IMG/VR virus record: IMGVR_UViG_3300049924_000347
Coordinates: 1 to 43,075 of that record
Source: a virus
Taxonomy: Duplodnaviria; Caudoviricetes
DNA length: 43,075 nt
Strand: one strand, 5' to 3'
The notes beneath the pieces were generated by a model that saw nothing but the letters and a program-made list of their open reading frames with translations, ran no database searches and was not told the DNA's origin. Both the position numbers and the translations under genes were made by a program. Shown piece after piece: positions 8,634-18,453 of this stretch. The first letter of the stretch is position 1. Every line of letters starts with the position of its first letter.

Positions 8634-9608
8634 TTAGACTTCCAACTCCGGCTTATCCTGCAAAGCGGCGGGCAAATTAAACACCGGGGTGGTGGTGCAT
8701 CGGCAGTTTGGATGAGGCGGCGACGGTACATTCTCCGTCTTGTAATAGCCGAAATTCTTTGCCTGAATCTCGGCGCATATCGGACAATCATTGACGGCAG
8801 CCGACCACCGCACCCATTTCGCCCCGCAGTCGGTGTACTCGGCGTTGTTGGAGGCAAAAACGGCGTTGTGGCCTTCCGTCCTGACTAGCCGCTGCCATTG
8901 CCATAGCTTGGCCTTGCCCTCCTTTTCGTATAGGTCTTGCGAGATGGTGCGGATGTCCTTCCCTTCCGTCGTTGCCTTCCCGATTGCCCGCTTTATGTCC
9001 GGGACAAGGCGTTTAAAGATGGTGTTTTTGACGCTCTCAAGGCCGTTGTCCTGTATTTTTTGGATCCATTTCATGTCCGGATTGGGTTTGATGGGTGCCT
9101 CCGGTAGTGGGTTTGCCGCCGCCCATGCTGCGTCCCGGGCGGCCAATGCCTCGTATGACTTGGCGGCTTGTGCATATCCATCCGCTAGGGCCTCGTTCAT
9201 CAGCTCAAACAGTGTCTTTTGCAGGGCGGTTTCACTGAATAGGTCAGTGGCTCCCCAGACGCCGCTAAACAGCTGCTCCGCCAGTGCGTCGATGGCCTTG
9301 GATAGGCTCAGGCTGACCCCGGGCGGGTCTGCCTTCCCAATGTATTGGAGCGGTGTGCAGCACTGCTCCCTAGTGGGTGCCGCCGGTGCCGACTTGCTGG
9401 CCGCCCTGAGTGTTGCAAGCCCGGGGCCTCCGATTTCCTCAATCACCTTGCCCACAAATCCGATCCATTCGGCAGCCGTAGCCATTGCCCCGCGCTTTGC
9501 GATTGCTTCCATCTTGCGTGCAGCCGCCGGGCTGTTGGCGCGCATATACCGCTTGGCGGTACCGCTCCCCCTGAGTGCGTCTAATTCGGCTTGGCTTAGG
9601 GTACCCAT
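8634..9608 (-). CDS. MuF/SPP1-gp7-like minor head protein
   Basis: RLVRTE, CPIC and PPHPNCRC motifs; follows the portal. Confidence 0.9.
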   Translation of the reverse strand: MGTLSQAELDALRGSGTAKRYMRANSPAAARKMEAIAKRGAMATAAEWIGFVGKVIEEIGGPGLATLRAASKSAPAAPTREQCCTPLQYIGKADPPGVSLSLSKAIDALAEQLFSGVWGATDLFSETALQKTLFELMNEALADGYAQAAKSYEALAARDAAWAAANPLPEAPIKPNPDMKWIQKIQDNGLESVKNTIFKRLVPDIKRAIGKATTEGKDIRTISQDLYEKEGKAKLWQWQRLVRTEGHNAVFASNNAEYTDCGAKWVRWSAAVNDCPICAEIQAKNFGYYKTENVPSPPHPNCRCTTTPVFNLPAALQDKPELEV

Positions 9609-11014
9609 GTCGGGCGGTCAATCTCGTTGAGATAGTTTGCCTTGACCTCCTCAAGGTTGCCCTGCCCGCTAAATTCCATCTGGATAGCGGCCACATTTAG
9701 CAGTTCTTGGGCCGTGGCTTGGGCTTCGATTAGCCGGGTGTCGGCTTCCAGCTTTTCATCATCCAAATCGGGCGTTTCCCACTCAATTTTGTAGCTGTCC
9801 GGCCTCACTTGGATGGATTGCGAAACCAAAACGGCCTCATGGATTTGCCGAAGCACATTCTCCACAAACCGCTTCCGCTCCGCCTCGGCTTTCATCTTCA
9901 TTGCCTCCTTCTCGAAGCGGTACTTGTCCGATCCGATGCCACCTCCGCCAGTGCTGATGCCTAGGAATGTGAGCGGCGTGTCGAGGGCGTTCCCGATCTG
10001 TAACATGAACGATTCCAGAATTTGGGGGACGTTCGTAAGGGCCTGCAGCCCCTCCCCTAGGCTCTTCTGGTCAATCTTGATTGAGCTGCTGGGCAGGGTG
10101 ATAAGCGTGTTTATGGGCTTGGTGCGCTCCGATCGTGCCGACAACGCCTCTTTGACGGTGTTCTTGACCGTGCCCACCTGGTCGGTCAGTTCCTTTACGC
10201 GGGCGGTATAGACTTCTGTGGCCTCCACGCCCCGGACGGGCGGTTCAAAGCCAATCGCGGTGATGGACAGCGGATTCCCGATGTTTTCGGCGTTGGCTAC
10301 CACGGCCAATAGGTATTTTAGGAAGTTCACCGATGCCATTTCGGCACCGTGGCAAAGGGGCAACCCCCAGAGCCATTCGCTGGAAGCCGAGAAATGGAAC
10401 TCGCGAAAGCCCTCGCCAAGGGAGCGGATTTGCCTGAGCATCGTCATTGGGCTGGTGTACTGCAGCTCGTATTGCTCAGTGTTGTCCACCCGTTGGGTAT
10501 AGTTGAAATTCGCACTGTCGAATATCCTGAGGGCTTGGATGGGTGCCTTGTTTACCCTATTCCCCTCGGTCGGCTCCTGAACGATCTGGTAGAATTGGGA
10601 GCCGTCCCGGAGCGTCCCGTCCACCATCCTGGCCACAAACTGCGACAGGCCGCGGTCGGCGGCGATCTCGTTGATGTGCTGCCCATGGATGGGCGTGGTG
10701 TCCCAGAACTTCTCCAGTGCCTTCACGGCCCTCGGGTCCCCCTGTTCCCCGGCTGCTATCTTGGGGATGCCTATGAACGTCCGATGCGTCCGCATGGCTT
10801 GCCTGATGATCGTGACCGCTTGGGCAAGGGCGCGGTAGCTCCCCAGCTTTAGTCGGGGGTTTTCAATTCCGTTGTATTCGCCGATTGCCTGGAGTAGCGG
10901 ATTCTGGGCGGTGTACCATCCCTGGCTAACCGGGGTATAGGGGAAGCCCACATAGGCAGACTTCTCCCGTTCCACCATGGCAAAAGCCTCCCGCGCCCTA
11001 TCGATGATATTCAT
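9596..11014 (-). CDS. portal protein
   Basis: 472 aa between terminase and MuF; WGLPL and ALDTPLTFLG patterns. Confidence 0.75.
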   Translation of the reverse strand: MNIIDRAREAFAMVEREKSAYVGFPYTPVSQGWYTAQNPLLQAIGEYNGIENPRLKLGSYRALAQAVTIIRQAMRTHRTFIGIPKIAAGEQGDPRAVKALEKFWDTTPIHGQHINEIAADRGLSQFVARMVDGTLRDGSQFYQIVQEPTEGNRVNKAPIQALRIFDSANFNYTQRVDNTEQYELQYTSPMTMLRQIRSLGEGFREFHFSASSEWLWGLPLCHGAEMASVNFLKYLLAVVANAENIGNPLSITAIGFEPPVRGVEATEVYTARVKELTDQVGTVKNTVKEALSARSERTKPINTLITLPSSSIKIDQKSLGEGLQALTNVPQILESFMLQIGNALDTPLTFLGISTGGGGIGSDKYRFEKEAMKMKAEAERKRFVENVLRQIHEAVLVSQSIQVRPDSYKIEWETPDLDDEKLEADTRLIEAQATAQELLNVAAIQMEFSGQGNLEEVKANYLNEIDRPTWVP

Positions 11015-11151
11015 TCCTTGGCCTCCTGCTTAGGTGATTCAATCTGCTTTCTCCCAGCTGCCCAACTCCATTTGACGGTATAGAACACGATTGCGGCGGT
11101 ATAGGCCACCGCCCCGGACACCCTGACCAATAGCTCGGTGATGATTCCCAT
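11011..11151 (-). CDS. small membrane-anchored protein (46 aa; not in ORF track)
   Basis: MGIITELLVRVSGAVAYTAAIVFYTVKWSWAAGRKQIESPKQEAKE; TACCTTTG 4 nt before the ATG; ATGA overlap with the portal start. Confidence 0.6.
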   Translation of the reverse strand: MGIITELLVRVSGAVAYTAAIVFYTVKWSWAAGRKQIESPKQEAKE

Positions 11152-11182
11152 GGGTCAAAGGTAAGCAGAAAAGCCGATCCGC

Positions 11183-11533
11183 TCAGAAGATGCCTTTCTT
11201 CACGTAATCGATTCCATCCCGCGAGCGGAGCCTTGCGCGTATGTGCTTGTCGAGGTCAATGCCTTCGGTGGCTGCGAATTCACAAACCTTGACAATGATC
11301 CCCGCTAGGGCGTTTTCGGTGCCGAGCTTTACCTTGTTGAGGAACTTTTGCCTGAAATACTCCGCGTCCGTCTCGTTCAAAACATGGTCAATGTCCCCGC
11401 AGGTCCTCATCCCATCCTTTACGGCCTCGGCGGCCTTTGCCACTTCGGCGTATATCTCCAGCAGGTTCGACTCCTTTGAGCGGCCTTTGGCTTTGGTCTC
11501 CCGCGAGACGCGGAAAATGTCATTGACTGTCAT
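11183..11533 (-). CDS. MazG-like NTP pyrophosphohydrolase fold, catalytic acidic residues apparently degenerate
   Basis: LLEIYAEVAKAAEAVK...ENALAGIIVKVCEFAATEGIDLDKHIRAR follows the phage MazG-like pattern. Confidence 0.6.
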   Translation of the reverse strand: MTVNDIFRVSRETKAKGRSKESNLLEIYAEVAKAAEAVKDGMRTCGDIDHVLNETDAEYFRQKFLNKVKLGTENALAGIIVKVCEFAATEGIDLDKHIRARLRSRDGIDYVKKGIF

Positions 11534-11558
11534 TTTATTCCTGTTAAGTGGGTTGAAA

Positions 11559-11879
11559 TTAGCATCCTTCACCGGTTCGCTGGTCGGTTCCGCTGGTGTC
11601 GCCTATTCCCTCCATTAGGTCTGCTGCCAGGAGCCAAAGCGGAGGTAAATCTTCGATAGAATCCACAACGAATAAGTTAATGTAATTATCAAGGTCTTCA
11701 ATTTTTGTTCCTGGAATGATCCAAGGCACTTGGAACAAAAAACGCGTTTTATTATTTCCGCGAGCGTGGTACAGCCTAAACCCGTGCTTGATCATGGCTG
11801 CATCTCCCCAGTTCGGGCAAACCTTGGCACACTTTGCCAATACTTCCTGCTTTACTTGTTCGATGGGTTTCATGTCCAT
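11559..11879 (-). CDS. hypothetical protein (family shared with 12334 and 30373)
   Basis: EQVKQEVLAKC...RFLFQVP vs TELREQVIAEC...RFLFDVP. Confidence 0.7.
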   Translation of the reverse strand: MDMKPIEQVKQEVLAKCAKVCPNWGDAAMIKHGFRLYHARGNNKTRFLFQVPWIIPGTKIEDLDNYINLFVVDSIEDLPPLWLLAADLMEGIGDTSGTDQRTGEGC

Positions 11880-12337
11880 TTTTCTACTGTATTGAGTTGT
11901 TTCGGTGTCAAGTACTGAAAATTCTGGGGCGGTCTGGAGATGCCCAGCTCGCTTAATGCGTGGGGTCTTGGGTAGCGGCGGGGGCTGTATAGCTCAATGG
12001 CATAAGCCCACTTGCTGCCCTTAAGATAACTGTCAAGATACTCCCTGGAGCAGCCAATCTTGAATTCATCCAAGGATCTATCAGAGAACCTATTGTAGGA
12101 TTCATGTATTTCGTCAATCCAGAACTCGCCTACGATCATTTGAACGGGGGAGGATGCATACATTACAATCCCCTCAATTTGCTGGCTGTCTAAGCGAGGA
12201 TTGATAGATATGTCCGCTATACATAGCTCTTCTAAAGAGCGATCTCTCCAGATTGCCCGCCTGAACTCAACATCCTTGGTGCCGTTCAGGATTGCCTCCG
12301 CAAAGTGGGGCTTGATTGATAGCAGTACCTTTCTCAT
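11870..12337 (-). CDS. ASCH (PUA-like) domain protein
   Basis: LLSIKPHFAEAILNGTKDVEFRR, YASSPVQMIVGEF and PPQNFQYL motifs. Confidence 0.9.
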   Translation of the reverse strand: MRKVLLSIKPHFAEAILNGTKDVEFRRAIWRDRSLEELCIADISINPRLDSQQIEGIVMYASSPVQMIVGEFWIDEIHESYNRFSDRSLDEFKIGCSREYLDSYLKGSKWAYAIELYSPRRYPRPHALSELGISRPPQNFQYLTPKQLNTVEKWT

Positions 12338-12867
12338 ATCCCTAGCAATGTTTTAGCCATTTTGAGTTTGGCGGTTTGCTCCCACTGGTCGGAGTCGTAG
12401 ATCATGAAGTCGCAAAACCGCTTGGTGTTGAGCATTGGGTAGCTGTCCGGCACGTCAAATAGGAAGCGGCCAATGGTCGGTTTGAATGCCATAAGCCTAA
12501 GCCCGACACCATCTGGCAAAACTACCTCTTCTTTGCCTTCCAGTCGCCGTCTGCATTCGGCGATGACCTGCTCCCGAAGCTCGGTGATCGACTGCTGAAC
12601 GGGCGGCAAGATGAATTTTGCAAAGTGCCATTTGAGGTCTTGGCCGTCCTTCAAATCTAGCTCCCCCTCGTGAAAGAAGATTTGGCAGTCTTCTTCTCCC
12701 CATCCAAACCCGCAACTTCCGTCAATGTGCAGGCAAAACACCGCCTCCTCCCGATCCATTTTCTCAAGGCTTAGGTCTGCCCCGTTCCCCAGCACAATGT
12801 AATTGCCCCGCGCTTCCCGCAGGGCTTTGAACTGGTCAAAAATTTGCTTCTTTTGTTCCGTTTTCAT
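12334..12867 (-). CDS. hypothetical protein
   Basis: ATGA-coupled to both neighbours; C-half paralogous to 11559..11879. Confidence 0.7.
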   Translation of the reverse strand: MKTEQKKQIFDQFKALREARGNYIVLGNGADLSLEKMDREEAVFCLHIDGSCGFGWGEEDCQIFFHEGELDLKDGQDLKWHFAKFILPPVQQSITELREQVIAECRRRLEGKEEVVLPDGVGLRLMAFKPTIGRFLFDVPDSYPMLNTKRFCDFMIYDSDQWEQTAKLKMAKTLLGI

Positions 12868-13196
12868 TGTTTTTCGAGTAATAATTTGGCTATGTACCAC
12901 TTCTCATGGCTTCTTTGCTCGTGCTCGCCATCCATTTCATCATCCTCTAAATCATCATCATCGAAGTAGATTTTGGCATAGTTTGGGCCATAAAAGCACC
13001 TATTGCTCTCAACACTAATCATGTAAATGTTTCGCGCAAACAAGCCCTCCTTTTTCCTGCTCTCGCAGGAAAGGCTTGCGCCAAGCCCTATGATGACCGT
13101 GGTATGCTCTTTCGGGCAAATCTGAATGAACTCTTCAAAGATTGCCCGCCTTTCCTGAACTGGCATTGGGAGCGGCTTTTTGTATTGCTTTTCCAT
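12864..13196 (-). CDS. hypothetical protein
   Basis: Operon position with overlapping stop/start. Confidence 0.65.
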   Translation of the reverse strand: MEKQYKKPLPMPVQERRAIFEEFIQICPKEHTTVIIGLGASLSCESRKKEGLFARNIYMISVESNRCFYGPNYAKIYFDDDDLEDDEMDGEHEQRSHEKWYIAKLLLEKQ

Positions 13197-13210
13197 TTCG
13201 TCAGTGGTTT

Positions 13211-13402
13211 TCAGTCTCTTTTCCTGTCCCGCGAAGTTTCATAAACAGCCTTGGCAATAATAGCCCGGGCTATTATCGTTTCATCTACCCCCTCATGCCT
13301 GGGGACGGTGTACTTCTTGCCACACATGGTGAACTCCAGTTCGCCTTTCTCATTTCTGGTGAACTCGCTTACGTCTGAATTTGTGCTAGATATCATAATC
13401 AT
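13211..13402 (-). CDS. hypothetical protein
   Basis: First ORF after the promoter at 13427. Confidence 0.55.
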   Translation of the reverse strand: MIMISSTNSDVSEFTRNEKGELEFTMCGKKYTVPRHEGVDETIIARAIIAKAVYETSRDRKRD

Positions 13403-13426
13403 TGAATTAATTTTATTAATATAATG

Positions 13427-13457
13427 CAAAGATACGGCCTCTATTTTGCATTTGCAA
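13427..13457 (-). promoter_or_regulatory. Bacteroidota-type promoter
   Basis: Minus strand TTGCAAATGCAAAATAGAGGCCGTATCTTTG. Confidence 0.65.
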
Positions 13458-13477
13458 CACCCTAGGCAAAATTTTTT

Positions 13478-14986
13478 TCACACCCCGAATCCCATCGATG
13501 AATAATCCAGCCCTCCGACCATGAACTCAGAGGCCACGGCGTATATGCACGCCTCGGCGCGGTCCGGAGAAAAGCCCACGCGGGACTTCATTTTGTCCTT
13601 CGGCTCAATGTACAGGTTCAGGCCCTTGAGCTCGTACATGATTGACCTTAGCTGTAGGATTAGCTTGGGATCGTCTGGAAGCCCGATTGCGTCCGGCCGC
13701 TCGGGGTTCAGGCGGCTGCGGAAATGCCAATAGCAATAGCTCTTCATGGTCGGCAAATTGAACTGCCCGTTTTCGCTCTTGGCGGCGGCACTTTCGGCAA
13801 AGTTCACGCCTATCACCCGGCCTTGAAAGAAAGGATCGATCATGGCATTGTCGTACGGCCCGGAGCCAACGCCGAGCGGGTCGATCATGATCCATGCGTG
13901 GCCGATTCCGGCCTCTATCACCGATGCTTTGAGCCATTCCAGGTACTTTGGCCCCGTGCTGGTGAACGAGCCGGGGACGGCCTTAATGGCTTGGATGTTG
14001 TACCCATCAAAATAGGCAAGGGCCGATTCGTCTGAGGCGGTGGCCACGTCGGCACCGACCGCCGACACGGCGCGGCGTTCCATGTTCCGGCCCCGTTCGA
14101 TTGCCTTGAATATCCAGTCGGTGGGGATTAGCTGAAAGTCCGAATCGGTGTCGCCCACGGTCCAGTCGCCGAATTTGAACGCCCGGCGCATGACTTCGGG
14201 CAAGCTGTCCAGCTGGTCGTAGTATTTCTGGCCAAGGTAGGGGTTGTTGAGGGCGGAGCTGAAAATATAACTCATGGAAAAGGGGTTGTAATCCTTCCCA
14301 TCCACATGAACGGGGCTAAGGTCCGGCACCTCCACGAGGTCTCCCCCGGGGCCCTTATAGAAATAGGCAATCTCCCCCGATTGGGCGGGGTTCGCGTGCT
14401 TTCCCCCTACCCACTTGCTGAAGAACTCCCGGAGCCACATACCCTCCGATGTGGTCGGCGGGTTTGAGGTCAAACATATCTGGCATAGCTGGTTCGGGTC
14501 TGTCGAGCGATTCCATGTGGACAGGTATTCGATCCACTCTTTGGGGAATTGCGTGGCTTCGTCAAATGCCATTAGGTCGTAGGCGTTGCCCTGCATTCCC
14601 TCCACGGCGTTCCAATGATCCAGGCTGCGGAAATGCACGAGGCGTCCCCGGAATAGAAATTCAGTTTTATCGTCCCTGACCTCCCCGCCCCCCAGTGTCA
14701 CCAGGTGGGCAAGCCGCTCCCTCAACTCCAGCCCTTGCTTGTATTGCCGCCGGTAGATGACTGACCGCTTATGCTTGGTCAGGGCTTTGATGATGATGGT
14801 TTCGGTCTTGCCGCCCCCTGCGGAGCCACCGAATAGCAGCCACTTTACCGCCGATTCCACGGCGGCGCATTGCGGCTCGTTGCGGTGGTCGGCCTTGGCG
14901 GGAATTACTTGGCTTCTTATCCCCAACAGCTCGGCCTTGATTATCGCAAACTCGCTACGCTTGCTCGGTGTCGCTTGGTTTTCCAA
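13478..14986 (-). CDS. terL: terminase large subunit
   Basis: GGSAGGGKT Walker A, AFDEATQF Walker B, LTSNP, GADVA and SPDRAEA nuclease motifs. Confidence 0.95.
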   Translation of the reverse strand: MENQATPSKRSEFAIIKAELLGIRSQVIPAKADHRNEPQCAAVESAVKWLLFGGSAGGGKTETIIIKALTKHKRSVIYRRQYKQGLELRERLAHLVTLGGGEVRDDKTEFLFRGRLVHFRSLDHWNAVEGMQGNAYDLMAFDEATQFPKEWIEYLSTWNRSTDPNQLCQICLTSNPPTTSEGMWLREFFSKWVGGKHANPAQSGEIAYFYKGPGGDLVEVPDLSPVHVDGKDYNPFSMSYIFSSALNNPYLGQKYYDQLDSLPEVMRRAFKFGDWTVGDTDSDFQLIPTDWIFKAIERGRNMERRAVSAVGADVATASDESALAYFDGYNIQAIKAVPGSFTSTGPKYLEWLKASVIEAGIGHAWIMIDPLGVGSGPYDNAMIDPFFQGRVIGVNFAESAAAKSENGQFNLPTMKSYCYWHFRSRLNPERPDAIGLPDDPKLILQLRSIMYELKGLNLYIEPKDKMKSRVGFSPDRAEACIYAVASEFMVGGLDYSSMGFGV

Positions 14987-15485
14987 GGTATTTTGCCTCC
15001 AATTCCTCTACGTAGGCGGCAAACTCCGCGTCTGTCATCTGCTCGATCTTTGCCCGAATTGATCCACTGTGTTCCACCTCTAGACGCTCGGAGTAGCCAT
15101 GGTTCCTTCCTTTCATCCTAAGCCAGAATGTAATCGCTGCCATGTTGCCCTTGTTGATCTGCTTAGATAGCTGTAACTCAACATGATTCACCGCTACATT
15201 GAAGCTGTCTTCATACAATTGGGCGTAAACTGGATCCGTTTTCATCCAATGATAGTGCAATTCCCGGCTAATACCCACGATTTTGGCCGATGCTGACACA
15301 TTTTGAAGGGTATTCGAGAGGGATTGGATCATTTTAGCCTTCTTGACACTGTGTAATTTTGTTAAATTTTCTAGGTAGTCATGATCAATTGGATCAGGCT
15401 TCTTTGGCTGCTCAGCTGGTGCCTTTGCGGGTACCTTTTTAGGCTGTCGTGGGCGCGTTTGCTCCCCTTTCTTTCTCCTTGCCAT
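14955..15485 (-). CDS. terS: terminase small subunit
   Basis: HTH (NVSASAKIVGISRELHYHW) and GNMAAITFWLR...GY; overlaps the terL start. Confidence 0.85.
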   Translation of the reverse strand: MARRKKGEQTRPRQPKKVPAKAPAEQPKKPDPIDHDYLENLTKLHSVKKAKMIQSLSNTLQNVSASAKIVGISRELHYHWMKTDPVYAQLYEDSFNVAVNHVELQLSKQINKGNMAAITFWLRMKGRNHGYSERLEVEHSGSIRAKIEQMTDAEFAAYVEELEAKYLGKPSDTEQA

Positions 15486-15486
15486 G

Positions 15487-16524
15487 TCATTGAATTTTAC
15501 TGAACCATTGCCTATAAAGTTCGCTTGCTATTTGGGCTGTCATCACCGGTGGTACACTCATACCGATCAGGTATTTTGCGTTCATCCCGGCGAAATCATA
15601 GTCTGTCGGGAATGTCCCAATCTGGATTAGCTTTTCATCTGAGAGTAGGCACGGCTTATTGAAGTCTATAAGCCGTGATCCCGAGTTCGAGACTATTGTA
15701 TTACAGACCATTCCATCTTTTATGTAACTGGATCCCCAACCAGACTCCCTACCCGATTCTCGCCTTATCGTATCTCTTATATTTAGATCACTTGGAACCC
15801 TTTTTAGCCATATCCCCAGAAGATGGTCTTTTATTTTGCTTCCATCTCCCCCCTCAATCATACCATAGGTGATAGGCGGCTCACTGAATGCCAAAGAAAG
15901 CCTTGGGAGCCCCAAGGTGGCCTTGCTGCCTATGAAAAACACCCGTTCACGCATTTGGGGCACTCCCATGGTGGCCGCGTTCAGGCAAAATACCTGCACG
16001 GAATAGCCCGTCGCCGTCATCTTTTCGACAATCTTCTTTGAGTAGGCCTTGGCGTTGCCTTTGATGATCCCGGTGACGTTCTCCAGAATGAATACTTTGG
16101 GCTGCAGTTTGATGATGGTGTCACAATAGACAAAAACGAGGTCGTCAAGGGTTTGGCTTGCTTGGCCTTCCCGGAATTTCTTCTTTTTGCCCCAAGCATT
16201 TTCACGGGAGCCAGCTGTGCTGAAAGTACTACAGGGCGGCGACCCGTCCAATATGTCCAGATTGTATAGTTCATCTGGAAGGTTTACCAATTGGTTAAAC
16301 TCCCTTATGTCCATGTTGTACAGGTGTTTGGGCTTATGGTTCAGCCTGTACACCTGTGCTACCTGCTTGTCAATCTCTACACCCCCAAGGTGATTGAATC
16401 CAGCGAGCTTGTAACCCATGGTGGAGCCACCGCCACAAATGAACGTGCCGAATACGTTCAGGCCGTTTGGCGGAGGGTAGCCGTCGGCCAATCTCCATTT
16501 ATAGCTGAACTTGTGCTTATTCAT
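15487..16524 (-). CDS. DNA (cytosine-5) methyltransferase
   Basis: FICGGG (I), GSPPCSTFS (IV), ENV (VI), GVPQMRERVFF (VIII), GMSVPP (X). Confidence 0.95.
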   Translation of the reverse strand: MNKHKFSYKWRLADGYPPPNGLNVFGTFICGGGSTMGYKLAGFNHLGGVEIDKQVAQVYRLNHKPKHLYNMDIREFNQLVNLPDELYNLDILDGSPPCSTFSTAGSRENAWGKKKKFREGQASQTLDDLVFVYCDTIIKLQPKVFILENVTGIIKGNAKAYSKKIVEKMTATGYSVQVFCLNAATMGVPQMRERVFFIGSKATLGLPRLSLAFSEPPITYGMIEGGDGSKIKDHLLGIWLKRVPSDLNIRDTIRRESGRESGWGSSYIKDGMVCNTIVSNSGSRLIDFNKPCLLSDEKLIQIGTFPTDYDFAGMNAKYLIGMSVPPVMTAQIASELYRQWFSKIQ

Positions 16525-17104
16525 TGCCCAAAAGTATCCAGACTGCCTGCTCGGGGGTGGCTGCAATTTTTGACAGCTTTTCCCTTACGATGTGATATTC
16601 CGCTTCGGTGTACTTCAAAGAAATCACCATGTCGCCCGAAAACTCCGAAGTGTCCACCTCTTGGTTTTTGTCGCTGAAATCCTGCGTGGAGATAGGCCAC
16701 TCCGTCTTCTCCAGCCCCCAATCGGCCAATTGCCCCAAGTCCCAATCCGCTTCCAAGATAGGCCAATCCCACTCGCCATAGCCGACGTTGTCCTTGATGA
16801 TAAACTCGCGCTGCTGATCCTCAGTCAGGTTGGAGGCAATTATCACCGGCACTTCCTTCAATTTCAACTGTTTAACGGCTGCTAGGCGCATATTGCCGCC
16901 CAATACCACCATGTCTTCATTCACCACGATAGGCCGCAGTTCCATCATCTCGGGGAATTGCTCAATGGACTTTACGAGCTGGTCAAACTTCGCGTCCTTG
17001 ATTACCCGGGGGTTGTTGGGGTTGCGTTTCAGTGTTGAGACAGGCAAAAGCACCCAATTTTTCGGGGCTTCCTGCGGTGTACTTTCTTTCTTTGCCATAT
17101 TCAT
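16517..17104 (-). CDS. ParB/Srx N-terminal domain protein
   Basis: NPNNPR, RPIVV and LGGNMRL motifs; the common ParB-methylase-terminase cluster. Confidence 0.9.
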   Translation of the reverse strand: MNMAKKESTPQEAPKNWVLLPVSTLKRNPNNPRVIKDAKFDQLVKSIEQFPEMMELRPIVVNEDMVVLGGNMRLAAVKQLKLKEVPVIIASNLTEDQQREFIIKDNVGYGEWDWPILEADWDLGQLADWGLEKTEWPISTQDFSDKNQEVDTSEFSGDMVISLKYTEAEYHIVREKLSKIAATPEQAVWILLGNE

Positions 17105-17225
17105 ACTTTCGGAAAATTACGCCAAACCTTCCCGCCCCCTGCATTGGAGAAAGGGATAAAGGATTTGGAGAAAGAAATGAGGCCTTTCATTGCAGTTTTG
17201 CGGGTTTTGTGGAGAAAGGATGCGA

Positions 17226-18449
17226 TCATTTGACAAAGGGGGCGCTCCCGTTCCATGAAAAGGGGTACTCGCTCGGATCGTCATACACCGGCTCCGCAGG
17301 GGTGCATGGCATGATAACCATCGTTTGATCGGCACCTGGTATGTTATCCTCCGGAACGATCCTGAAGGCCTTCCGGGGGGTGTCGATCTCGATCGTTACG
17401 TCCCCGTCGGGGCAGTGTACCAGCAGGTCGGCGAGCTTGGTGCCGTCGATCTCGATTCGCATCTGGTCGCCTTGGTATTGGGCGGCTATCTTCTCGGTGG
17501 CATCTCTGCCCATCTCGGCGTTGGTGGTCTGGAGAAAGATACCCAGCCTTCCCATGTCAATCGTCACCCGCTTGGCGCGTTCCGGGGCGAAAAGCATCAC
17601 CCGGCGCAATGCGAGCAAAAGCTCCCGCTTGTTGGCCGTCAGGCGGTGCGGATTGCCCTTCGGTATCACGGCCTCGTAATCGGGGTAGGCCTCGCTGTTG
17701 AGCGTGCAGGTCACGGAGGCCGTTGGCCCTTCAAAGTGGGCGCGCCTCTGCCCGGTGACGATTTGAACGGGCGACTTGTATCCATCGAAAGTGGCCAGCA
17801 CCCGCGCCAATCCATCCTGCGGGACGGTGAACCGGTGGCCTTCGCAGGTCACGTGCTTTTCCTCATAGGTACATTTGGAAATCATCATGCCATCGGTGCC
17901 CACGAGCGAGACAAAGCCGGGCGACACCTCGAAACAGATGCCAGCGATGGCGGGCTTGTATGCGTCCGGCTCTGCGGCGGCGAATATGGTCTTCTGGATA
18001 GCCGACAGCAGCACGTCGGCGGGCAACGTGACCGTGACCGCGTCCTTGCCGGACGGCGGGGCCGGGAGCTTTGGAAAATCCGTCCCGGGCCGTGCAGAGA
18101 TGCTGCATTCCCCTTTTTCGAATGATATCTGCATATATCCACCAAAAACCCATTCTCCAACTGGTGTAATCGCAATGTCCACCGGCACGCTCGGCAGTGC
18201 TTTCAGCATCTCCAGCAGGTTCCCCGGGGGGATGCACGCCTTCACGTCCGGGCCCTGGCTTTCCACGCGCATACGGGCGGTTATGGTGGTCTGTAGGTTC
18301 GTTCCGGTGAGGGAAAGCATTCCGTTGGTTAGGTCAAACAGCACTGAACAGGTGCCCGGAACGATCTCACGAGAGGGCGGTACGGCGGCGGCCTTGGCTA
18401 GCACTTTCAAGAGGTGCTTCGGGTTGATGGTGATTTTCGTGGGTTCCAT
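17226..18449 (-). CDS. dnaN: DNA polymerase III beta sliding clamp
   Basis: GTNLQ, DFPKLP, VGTDG, YPDYEAVIP and VIMP motifs; ~25 aa extra C-terminal tail. Confidence 0.92.
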   Translation of the reverse strand: MEPTKITINPKHLLKVLAKAAAVPPSREIVPGTCSVLFDLTNGMLSLTGTNLQTTITARMRVESQGPDVKACIPPGNLLEMLKALPSVPVDIAITPVGEWVFGGYMQISFEKGECSISARPGTDFPKLPAPPSGKDAVTVTLPADVLLSAIQKTIFAAAEPDAYKPAIAGICFEVSPGFVSLVGTDGMMISKCTYEEKHVTCEGHRFTVPQDGLARVLATFDGYKSPVQIVTGQRRAHFEGPTASVTCTLNSEAYPDYEAVIPKGNPHRLTANKRELLLALRRVMLFAPERAKRVTIDMGRLGIFLQTTNAEMGRDATEKIAAQYQGDQMRIEIDGTKLADLLVHCPDGDVTIEIDTPRKAFRIVPEDNIPGADQTMVIMPCTPAEPVYDDPSEYPFSWNGSAPFVK

Positions 18450-18453
18450 TTCG

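Noticed and set aside
8791-9630. Long antisense ORFs (also 17325..18125, 17875..18489, 20573..21151, 22432..23043, 38555..39127, 39512..40099)
   Set aside because: They are shadows of well-supported genes on the opposite strand and show no motifs
16517-17104. ParB as evidence of a plasmid-prophage partition system
   Set aside because: Only the N-terminal domain is present, there is no ParA, and it sits in the common ParB-methylase-terminase cluster
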